Source: Trichodelitschia bisporula (lineage: Eukaryota). From it: a stretch of DNA of 64,000 bases. The stretch is from contig ML996692.1 of NCBI GenBank assembly GCA_010356995.1, positions 62,001 through 126,000 on the forward strand, given 5' to 3'. Every line of letters begins with the position of its first letter. The first letter of the stretch is position 1. The position numbers and the translations under genes are program-made. Of the stretch, positions 35,305 to 46,100 are shown in pieces. The notes beneath the pieces were generated by a model. It saw only the letters and a list, made by a program, of their open reading frames with translations. It did not search any database and was not told where the DNA came from.

Positions 35305-38300
35305 CTACGCCCCACCTCCACCTCCCCGCTGCCGCCTCAGCTCCTCCTCCCTCAAACTCTGCTTCTTAACATACTCAAGCACAATCTCCTCCTCCCGCCG
35401 CTCCTTCTCCCTCGCTTCTTCCTCCGCCCGACTCGCCTCCAGCGCCGCAGTCCACTCTTCATCCCCTTCTTCCTCAGCCGGCGGTGCCCCTGTGGGACCG
35501 CGCATCGGGCTCCGCGAAGGCACGGGGGGTACTTCGTGAGATGGCGTGCTCTGGTGAAGGAGGGACTCGTGTAACGCCCGCGCCAGCGCCGCATCCTCAT
35601 CGTCATACTCGGCCGGCGCAGCGTTGAACGTGTCGTTGCTTGAGCTCGGGACGGTCGCCGCCATCTCCCTCGCCTGATCCAACCCGCGCTCCGCCTTCGG
35701 TTCACGCTTCCCCCCCCCACCACCAAGTCCACACGCCTCGCACTTCTTCACCAAACCCTCCGGCCTCAACCGGTGAAGCACACACCCGCCCCTCCCCCAG
35801 TCCGCGCGGCGCATATCCACCCACTGCGTCAACGCCTCGACTTCTTTCTCCCCCACCCTATGCCCCCCCTTTTTCGCCTCCGCCAACACCTCCAAATAAG
35901 CCCTCACAACCTCCGCCTTAACCCCCGCGTCCACACCCACGAATTCCTCCCACCCCTGCGCCGTCCGCGCAGCGACGATGTAGCCTTCGACACTGGGGCC
36001 GAGCGCCTGCTGCACAGCCTTATAGACACCCTTCATCGCATAAGCAGGCAGTGCAAAACCGCCCGCACTCGTCTTAGCCACCACGCCCGCCATCCCCCTC
36101 CCCATACCCTTGATAAACCCCGCCGCGCCCTCCTCCTTCGCGCCCTTCAGCGGCTGCGTAACCAACCCCGTGATCCCATCAAACACACCTAGACCAAACT
36201 CGCGCCCCGCGGCCGCGAGACCGCTCTTCATCCCGGTCACGCGCGTTGCAGGGCGTACTTCCTCGCCGTAGAGCCGGGGGACGTTGTGGAAGCCTTTGCT
36301 TATGCCGAGCATCAGGTCCATTGGGCTCTTGAGGCCGGCGCCTACGATGCGGGATAGGCCTTTGCCGGTACCCAGGGCGGCGTCGAGGGTTGTGTCGTTG
36401 TCTGGGATCAGGGAGTCGGAGACTTGCCGGAGGTGTTCGCGGCGGTGGTGGCTTGCTGGGGAGGGGGAGCGGGAGTGGGTTGGGGAGAGGGAGCGGAGGG
36501 CTTCGCCTAGGGAGCGGCGGGGGGGTGGGGAGAGGGATTCGGAGGTTGGGGTGGTGGAGGTTGTGGATTCGTGGGTTAGGGGGGTTGGTTGCCCAGGGGT
36601 TGGCTTGTGGGGGATGGAGTTGGAGCGGTGGGTTGAGGGGAGGGAGAGTTGTGAGCTAGCGGGGGAGGCTGTGAGGGTTGCGCTTGTGCTGCTGGGAGTA
36701 GCCGTCTCGGGTGCTTTGCCCTTCGCTTTGTCCTCTTTGGCCTTCTCCCTTTCGGCCCGCTTCTCGGCATCGGGGTAGATTGAAAGGAGCTTCAGGGTCG
36801 AAACCGGGAAGTCGGCAAAGCCCATCATCACGCCCGTCAAGGTTCCAGTGATGGCAACGGCGCCACCCGTAATGGGGTCTGTCGGGCCGTCCTCTGTGTC
36901 GTACTCCCGAGGCCGATATCTGGCTCGTTAGCTCCTGCCTTATCCACGGTTAATAAACTCACAGCTTAAGGTCCGAGAACCCGACGACCTCCTTCTCAGC
37001 CAAAATATACGCCGCCAGTGCACTGAGGCGAATCTGCGTCCGCTTTACCCGCCAAACCGCCACCCGGTCCGGTAGGATCATGCAGCGCATCTTGTCCACA
37101 CCCAGCATCTGATGGAAATCCAGCGCGCCCTTATCCGCCCCCTGCTCTTGGCTGATTTTCGCAGACAACTCTTTTGCCTTCTCCAGCGATGACGGCTTCA
37201 GCGCTTCCATAATCGCCGCAGCCAGTTTCTCTGCCGTCAGTTCCTTGGACGGAATCGGCTGCGGGCCTGCCCCGGCGCGCGCCACCATGGAACCCCAGAA
37301 GGGCTGGTCCCCGAAGAATGGCACCACGACGGTCGGCTTGCCCGCTGAAATGCCTGCGGCGGTAGTTCCTGCTCCGCCATGATGCACCACGCACGAGACG
37401 TGCTGAAAGAGCCAGTCGTGCGGGATGTTGCCGAGCATGAAGACGCCCTCCGGGATACCGAGCTGGTCGGCACCGAAGCCGCCCCAGCCCTTAGAAACGA
37501 GGGCACGTTGACCAGTCCGGCGTACGGCGTCGAAAATGAGCTTAGTCATGCCGTTGGGGTCGTCAATAACGATAGAGCCGAAACCGATGTACACGGGCGG
37601 GGGTCCGGCGTTGAGAAAGGCCTGAAGATCAGCGGGTGGCGTGAAGTTGGAGGCCAGGTTGAGGAAGTAGAAGCCGGCGATTGAGATGTGGTTGCCCCAG
37701 TCTTTTGGTTTGGGGATCAGAGCGGGGGACCAGCAATACGTGTACGGGATGCGCATGCGGTGAACTAGGCCCGGCGCCCACATTGAGTTCAGGGGATCCA
37801 AGCCCAGGTTATGTACTCGAAAGCGGTTTATGATATCCCCAAGGCCCTGCCACGTCAGCATGTCTACCAGTGCGTAGCTGATGTAGTTGGTCATGGAGAC
37901 ATCCGCATTCGTGGACTGGATGTTTGCCAGAGGGTGTGGAAACGATTGAGTGGGCGACCACGGCATCCTATTCTGTTAGCAAATCCCAAAATCTTGGAAA
38001 AGTCCCTACGTGAACATCATGTGCAGAGGGACGCCAAGTCTCTCAGCACAGTGAATATGGGCAAAACTAGGCGGATTCGCGATGATGGCATCCGCCACAA
38101 ATGGTCGAGAGGCTGGGTTATCCGAGTTCATCCAGTCCTCGATATTCTTGTCCGAAGCCTCAATTCCCGTACCATCACCAGCCTCGATGCAAGACCTCCA
38201 GCAGCCCTTGATCATCTCCTGGATTCCCTTGCGGCGCTTGCCTACATCTCCGTTACGCAGGCTATCAAATCCAGGCATCAGGCCCGGGTTTTTGACCATG

Positions 38301-39112
38301 AAGGCCATGAGCTCAGCGGGGTCGCCTCCAATGCTGAAAAACTCAAGACCAGATTCGGTAACGAAATCCCTGAAGACGGGATGGGTGGCTAGGCGCACAC
38401 GGTGACCGTATGTCTCCTTGAGGACCTTGCCCAGGGCCACGAAAGGCTGCACGTCGCCTCTGGATCCGACAACGTGAATGACGACATTCAGTGGAGGTGC
38501 TGGAGGTCCATCCGGGCTACCTCCCAATGAAACGGGAATGTATGGTGGAGGAAGCGGCTGCTCAGTGGCAGCCAGACGCTTGGGTTGGTTTCGAAGGGCC
38601 GGAACGAGAAGGTTGGAGACTCTGTGGGTCTTTTGGTTGATTCGGATATTGACACGTCCATCGTCTGTTCAAATAAGCCTCTCGTTCAATGCGGGGATGA
38701 GAAGAGCGTACCAGCGATTGAGGCATTTGTTCCCATGTCGTCATTCTCGTCGTGAATGGCTCCGAGGTTGGCGCTGTAGGCCGGAGGGGGCACATCGTTG
38801 GCATTTTGCTCATCGTTGAAGGACGCCTCATCAATGCCGCTGTTGTAGCCATAATAACTGTCAGCGCTTTTGCTAAACGAAACTGCTTAGCTGGGGAAGC
38901 TGCGTGAAACAACAAACTTACGCCGTAGACGGCCTAGGGCTGGGGGCTGATTTCTTGTCGACCGTAAAGGATGGGGTTTTCTGCTTTTGAAAATCATCCA
39001 TCATGTCCCATTCCTCAGCAGCAGAGCTGCCGGTGCCATTGTTTCCAGGCACACTGCCCGTAGACGGAGCTGTAGCTTTCGCATTGCTGTTTGGCGGGGT
39101 CGTGCGAGCCAT
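35305..39112 (-). CDS. GT1 family sterol 3-beta-glucosyltransferase-like protein (GT28 N-terminal domain) with UIM-like C-terminus; ~4 introns
   Basis: VIHVVGSRGDVQPF, HRVRLATH, IIANPPSFAHIHCAE, MMFTMPWSPT, YIGFGSIV, PHDWLF..VVHHGGAGTTAAG and VVPFFGDQPFWG. No PH/GRAM domains were seen, so it is not called ATG26. Confidence 0.92.
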
Positions 39113-40437
39113 GGTGGGGGTTAGCGCCGAGCGCCTTGCCGATTTGATAGGTGCTGTAAGGCGCAGAGGATGCTGTAAGCTGCGAGTCTTTCGAAGAGCA
39201 TGAACTAGGTATCCAAAGGGTGATTGTGGAAGAGAAAAGGGGCAGATGTGCGGAGCAGAGGAGGTGGTTGTCGTGCTAAGATGTCGGGCTGAAGCTGGTG
39301 CCTGTGGCTGTGCAACGCGCCCTGTGAAGGCGAAACTGGGCTCAGTGACGTAACCGCGGAGAACACCAATCACAGTCCGTCTAATGCCCCTGACGCGGGG
39401 TCGTGACTGTGGCTTGGTAGGAGTCGGGAGTGGGGAGGTCTACAGTAGACTATTGGAGGTGAGATGTGCTAGTGATGGCCATCATGAAAGGCTGAAGAGA
39501 GTCTATCCCGAGACTTGCATGTTAGCGTGAAGCTACGATGTTTATGGGATACGTGTAGGTCAGGTTGAATTCTCTAAAGGCGATGATATGAGAGTCGCGG
39601 AAGATATTTAAACACATTATTCGATTTCGGTTGTCCTTGACAATGAAATCAGCGTCATAACATATGACGTTCCGGCTTCACAGTCCAACACGATATTGAC
39701 ATGTAAGGCTGAGGTAGGAATGGATGTCCAAAGACTGGGCGAAACAACGATATGGCACTCGGCTTAACCTTAACGGCCATTTAGTGCTGATGAATGATGA
39801 GATGCAGCTGCTGCGTCATACCAACCAAGTCATCACCTACGGCTCCGATATCTCGGCTCCGACCTGTCCGGCATAGAAGAGAAATCTTATGAATCCTTCA
39901 GCCGAGAGCATGCTTGCCGATCGATCAATGTACATGGGATCGGCTGTGACGGATGTTTAATCCGACCGATCGCAGAGCCGCAGACATAACTCCGCTTGGA
40001 ACAATGAATTTCTTAACATGCTTCATGCAGGTGTCCAGTCTGCGTCCGATCCAGGAGATAAACTGCAGAGACAGCGCAGAGACTATGCATGATCGTTATC
40101 TCACGAAGAAAGAACCACGATTGGGGGACCAAGGGGACCCTCGGGCGGCTGCCGCACGGACACGACGCCGTCGCTGAATTTTTTTCCCCTGCCGAACTGG
40201 GGTGGGACGTTGGTCGACTTTCGCGACCACCGCCGCTCCTTTGCATAAAAAACCCACCGACAGCTGCAACACTACAACATCAACTCTCCTTAAAGCTTTC
40301 ATACCAATTCTCGCTGACAGCCATCGCCGTTGCACACAATCGTCACTGGCACCGTTCCCAAGCGAACCCAAACTTTCATACAGCCTTCAGCCTCCCCCGC
40401 CAGAGGAGCGCAGATCACCCCGCAAACCACCGTCCCG

Positions 40438-42391
40438 ATGCGCCAGACACGCATCTTCTCGGGTAGTTCACACCCGGCGCTCGTAGAGGTCATCTGCGAG
40501 CGCCTGGGCAAGAAGCCAGACCAGGTGCAGCTGGGAAAGTTTGCCAACGGCGAGACGAGCGTGCAGATTCGTGAGTGGCGCCACTCCGACATCCCTCGTC
40601 GCACCGCCTAACCACGAGTCGCAGAGACGTCAATTCGCAACCAGGATGTCTTTATCGTCCAGAGCGGCAGCAGCATGTATGAGGCCCACCTACTGCGCGA
40701 GTTACGCTGGAGTTGCGCTGATCGCTCAGGATCAACGACAATATCATGGAACTGCTGATCATGATCTCAGCTTGCAAGGGCGGGTCGGCGAAGTCCATCA
40801 CAGGCAAGTAGACCTCTTTGAATCCACAGTGCCACCGCTGACTACCGCAGCCGTGCTGCCCTACTTCCCGTACTCTCGCCAGTCGAAGAAGAAATCGCAC
40901 CGCGGCGCCATCACCGCGCGCATGATCGCCAACCTCCTCAACGTCGCCGGCGTCAACCACGTCATCACAATCGACCTACACGCCAGCCAAATGCAAGGCT
41001 TCTTCAAGTGCCCGGTGGACAACCTAGTCGCCGAGCCGCTGATCGCGCGCTGGATAAAGCACAACGTCGTCAACTGGAAGCAGGCCGTGATAGTGAGCAA
41101 GAATGCCGGCGGCACAAAGCGCGTCACTGCCCTAGCCGATGCCCTAAAACTCAGCTTCGGCATCGTGACCACCGACCGCCGCCGCAGCGGCTACGTCCCG
41201 CACTCCGACTTCTCCGTCAACGGCAGCCTGATCTTCGATAGACTCGCGGGAGGCGGCAGCCGGAGCGGCGTCTCGGATCACGAGGAAGACGCTCGCACGG
41301 AAATGCAACCGCACCCCGAAGACCGCTCCGACAAGTCCGACAAGACGACCGGAGAAAAGGCACCCTCCGACACGACGACCGGCGAGAAGACGCCCGAGCA
41401 TACCCCCGAGCATACTCCGCCCGAGGAGAAGCCTGCTACGGACGGTGCAGAGAAGCCAGAGAGTGTCGTGGGTGCCGGTAGCGCTAGCGTCACCAGCAGC
41501 AGCGGCCGTGTCTCCCGCACGCGCAACCGCGGGCCCTCCATCTCGCGTCACACCCATGGACCCTCCTCTGGCGTTCCCCCGAGCCCGCTCGCTAAATCCA
41601 CTCTCTCCCACCCGTCACCTAGTCCCTCGCCGACGCCGAGCCTGATGCGCGTGAGCACCGCGCCTATGGCGACGGCGAGCCATGGGGAGAGCGTGAGCGA
41701 GGAATTTACTGATGAGGTATGTGTTTGTGTGACTATGGATTTAAAGGGGATGCTGACCAGCCAGCGCGCGCGCAATGTGATCCACGGTCGCCTCGTCCAC
41801 GGGCACATCGTCGACGAAGACTACCCTTCCCCCGCCTCCTTCCACTCCGGCAGCGTGCACCGCGGCCGGGGCGGCTCGGAGGAAGACCCACCCGACAACA
41901 TGATGGCCTCGTTCCTCTCCACCGTGTCCTCGCTGCGCCAGGGCGCCGAAATGACCGCGCTGGGCGGGTCGCTCGACGCCGGGACTGTGAGCGAGGACGA
42001 AGAGGAAGATCTCAAGAACCCGGAGTTCGAAACTACGGCTACGCTGGTGGGGGATGTTAAAGACCGCCCGGTTATTTTGCTGGATGATATCATTGATAAG
42101 GCGGGGAGCTGGATTGCGGCGGCGGAGACGGTGGTTAAGCGCGGCGGGGCGACGAAGGTGTATTGCGTTGCTACGCATGGACTCTTCGGTGGGACGGCCC
42201 TGGAGGAGTTGGAGGAGTGTGGGTGCATCGAGGGAATTGTGGTTACGAACAGTTTCCCCATTCCGCCGGAGCGCAGGGCGCGGTGCAAGAAGTTGGTGAT
42301 GCTGGATGTGGCCCCACTGCTGGCGGAGGCGATTCGGAGGAATCATAATGGGGAGAGTATTAGCCAGCTTTTTATGCACTTTGCGGACTAG
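40438..42391 (+). CDS. PRS1: Ribose-phosphate pyrophosphokinase, Prs1 type with large non-homologous insertion; introns 40571-40624, 40677-40729, 40804-40850 (GC-AG), probably 41717-41764
   Basis: MRQTRIFSGSSHP, KFANGET, PYFPYSRQSKKKSHRGAITARMIANLL, IDLHASQMQGFF, VSKNAGGTKR, LVGDVKD..ILLDDIID and AEAIRRNHNGESISQLF. Confidence 0.95.
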
Positions 42392-42557
42392 GACTAGCGG
42401 GATAGTTCTAGCGGGAGGGGGGTGAAGGAGGAGGGAGGATGGGTTTGGGCGTTATGGGCCGGGTAAACTGATATACCAGCACGGTGTTAGGGAAAGGGTT
42501 TACTCTATGAGTGCGGGGCTAGATGTACGGCGTATGTCTAATTTGATATCCTGCCCG

Positions 42558-42895
42558 CTTGCAATGCTGGAGTGACTGTCTTCGTGTTGGCAAGTGCATG
42601 CGCTGTTCAATCATTCAACTTGTCTGCTTGGGCTCGACTAGTTCCCGTATCGCAGTTCAGGTTGGTGCCCTTCCCGCATGCGATGCTGGAGTGCTGGTAG
42701 GATTCTTCACAGTACTCCGCGGTGGCAAGCGCATCGCTGTTCGTTCAACTTGTCTACTTGTGCCTGTCTGTGCCCGATATCTGGGTCCAAGCTGGTGTGC
42801 TGCTGGCATGCGATGCTGGAGTGCCTGTATGGCCCCTCCCGGTACTCTGCGTCAGCAAGGGCATGCGCATTTCGCTCTACTTGCCTGCTTGTGCT
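42558..42895. repeat. Degenerate ~120-130 bp tandem repeat x3
   Basis: ATGCTGGAGTG anchors at 42564, 42683 and 42813, each followed by GCAAGNGCAT..ACTTG(T/C)CT(G/A)CTTG. Confidence 0.8.
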
Positions 42896-43100
42896 CATCT
42901 GTCCCCCATTATCTCGATCCAGACACGGAGTGTCAGGTGGATCCACTGCCTAAGTCTACCTAGCAGATCAGCCTTGAGTAAAGTCTTCGGCGCCTTGGAT
43001 ACTCATCTCTGAGGGTCCTATCATGCCTTTCCAGAACATCAGCGGAGACGGCGTCAGCTGCTTAGAAAAACTCCCTTTCCCATCGTCGAGGTGATAGAGA

Positions 43101-43163
43101 CCAGAGAAATACCAGAGAGACTCCAGAACACACCAGAACACACCAGAACACACCAGAGACACC
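43101..43163. repeat. 10-bp minisatellite (CCAGAACACA)x3 with degenerate flanking copies
   Basis: Directly visible. Confidence 0.85.
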
Positions 43164-46100
43164 AACTCTCAAAAGACAAAGTGGGTGATACGCCCTTCGG
43201 GGGAAGAACTATCCAGTGCATACCCGCGCTCTACCAACATAACATCCCGTTCCGCTTCGACGACCGGGAGAAAGCATATACCAATCGTGCTGCTCCATCG
43301 ATCGGACACGCACTCACCACAGCTGGTAGCGGTCGAACTAAAAGTCCCGATCCCGTGGTTATGGACGCCGGGGGCCCAACAGTGTTCTCTGTCTGAATCG
43401 AACTGGGCATCGTACCGATGCCGCGTGCAGGAAATGGCCTGTACCCATAGATTCGGCCATGGCCCGCGATCTCCAGCGGACACCATCACAAGAAGCTTAT
43501 TCCACTCCCTTGCCAGTCACGCGAGCACTTGCCTTCTACACTCGATCCTAGCATCTCAGTGGTCAGCTCAGACATGTATCCCCGTGGAGCGCGGAAACAG
43601 CATGGAAGCCGCCGATCAGCGCTGGTCCCATAAGCCGATCCCAGCCTGTGTGGCCACTGACCATTGTTAGCATACCCGACATGGAGCGATATCTGATCAC
43701 TAAGCATCGGCGCAGTGTCCAGGGCGGAGTGGGGACACCAAACTCTCGCTCCGGAGGCTCAGCGCGTCGAAGCAAGAACGGCAAGATCCTCCGCATCGAA
43801 CACGCTCTCACCACGAGGCTGCCGGAATTCCATCTCCCTTTCCAAGTTTCAGGCCCGCTGTCATGATAACCATCAGATTGATCGCTGTTTACTTCGACGT
43901 AATGGAGCGGCATTAGATCGCTATCCTCAACATTATTAGCGGAGTGCCTGCGGCAGAAGACGGGGAAGCCTTGCCTCCCTCCCGAAACCGCGCATCAAGC
44001 AAGGCCGAAAAAGCTTCTCCACCCACCCCGTGCCCTTCAAAGGGCTGCCGAATTCCAGTTTCTCTTCCCAGCTTCCAACCCCCCCCCCTCCCTCTTCGTT
44101 AAGCCACGGTGATACGCGCTCCCTACCAGCAACCGCAGTATCAGGTCCCTCAGCCTCGCCTCGTCTCCCTGAGACCTGCATCAACTCCCGCATGCCAGCC
44201 TTGCACCATTGACGCACAATACGGTACGCCCAACCTCATCACCTGCCCTCAGCGCATCGCCAGCCTCGTCCCGCATCCGCGCCCATCAGCCACCGCCTGT
44301 CGCGGTCTGGCTTCCGCACCAACAACCGTACATGAGGGGTGGAGCGGTGTGCATGATTTGAATTTCCAGTGCCATGGGGAAGGTTTAAACTAGTCCCAGG
44401 TCCTGCGGGGAGAAATGTGGGCCACGTGGGAGGAGGGTGTCAGCCTACCTTACCGGCGTCGCCATTTGCGCGGGGGCTCGGTCGAACCAACCCCGACCCT
44501 CTGCCCGTGTCGGGAAGGGTGGTCAGCGGACTGGGACCCCGAGGCGCTGGACGCGGTAACTCCGGGGGCCCCGCGGCCGGAGGTTCGGGAGCGCTAGAAT
44601 GTCTGGTGAGAATGCGCCGGGAGAGTTGACTTGCGACGAGGGTGTCAGCCTCGTGGGTCTCCGTGGTGGAGCAGTAAGGTGAGACAAGAGCGGGGGATTA
44701 GGGTCGCCTCTGGCGTGCGGTGGGAGAATTCCAATTGCTGTTTCCGCGATGGGCCGGCGCGATCGCGAGGTGATGTCCCAGGATGAGACACGGCGCACCG
44801 TTGCGAGTTTAGGGTGAGCGAGAGGTGGGGCGATCCGGGCTCGGCAGTGACCGGGAACCGTAAGTTACGGTCCGTGGCTGCGGAGTTGGGTTCGTTACCG
44901 GTAGAGTGCACCGGTAATCCGTACGGCAGGGGGAAGGATAAGCGGGGTTGTTGCATGCGAGAGGTCCATGCTGGAGAAGATTAGCGAGACGACGTGCGGT
45001 GAGGAGATGAGAATAGGCGGCCCGTATCTGCACGACGTCGGAACCGAAGGCCGAGGTGCAGAACGTCATTTCGCCTCTTGAGTGAGACAATTCAGCCCAG
45101 CGGAGCAACCTCCATGCAGCCGATACGCCTCGCATTCCCTTTCCCATCCCCGAACATCGCTCTTCACTCACCGACCATAGCAAGTTCCAGCTGCTCGACC
45201 CCCCTGAATCCCTTTCACCACCAGTTCCATCAACCTCTGCTGATGCACCATCTTCTCCGCAACTGGTCGTTCAACCGGTCCACCCGGCTACCCGGTGAGC
45301 GGGCTGCATATTTGGTAGCCTAGCGTTCGCGCACGGACATTGTACATGACTCCGGGCACCACGATCGCCGGGCGCCCGGTCCCATTGGGCCTGACGTCAG
45401 AAGCAGCGGCGCGCGCACGCACCCACGCGGGCTGGCAACGCTGAAGAATGCCGCGCTTGCAGGTATGTGCGGTGCGAAGTAACAGTCCATCCGTAGCCAG
45501 GTTCTGGTACCGTACACCGCAGCCTCGCGTCAGCCTCGCGCAGAAATGCGGCCCCCTTCTCGGCGGCCCAGCAATATATTACCGCGCTAAATGCGGGTAC
45601 GCGTCACTCCCCCCTTCTAGAAGACACCCACCGACCCCTCCGCAATTCCAGTAGCTTAAGCCGCCCCACGCGCGCTATGCGGGGCCCGGACCCGGCGGGT
45701 GCGCGCATGGCGCGGCGTTCCCTCGCTAGGTGCTGCGCGACCCCCAGCTAAGCGGGCCGGAGGCTTGCGCCGCTCGCGTGCGGCGTCCGTGCGCGCCGCG
45801 GCGCATTCAGCCATGCAGAAAGTGCATATGGAGGAAGTACCTGCGGAAGAAACTGCACCGGCAAGCGAGGGGCGTTCATCTGTCGGTAGGCCCAAAAATT
45901 GCCGAATGATGCGCGTGGCGACGCTGTACGGTAACTGGTGGGGCTGAGACCGCGGGGTAGTGAATAGGTGGGGCGAGCGCTTCGAGAAGCGATGAGAATA
46001 GGGGGCCTCTTGTCACTTCCATCCTGCTTCCATGCTGAAATATCGATAATCTTCTCACATCATGGCCAGCGTGTTCCTATTTCCGCCTAGACCGTCGGCC

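Noticed and set aside
44690..44820. ACCCTAA motifs on the minus strand as a telomerase RNA template
   Set aside because: Too short; no 1.5-repeat TAACCCTAA-type template is present.
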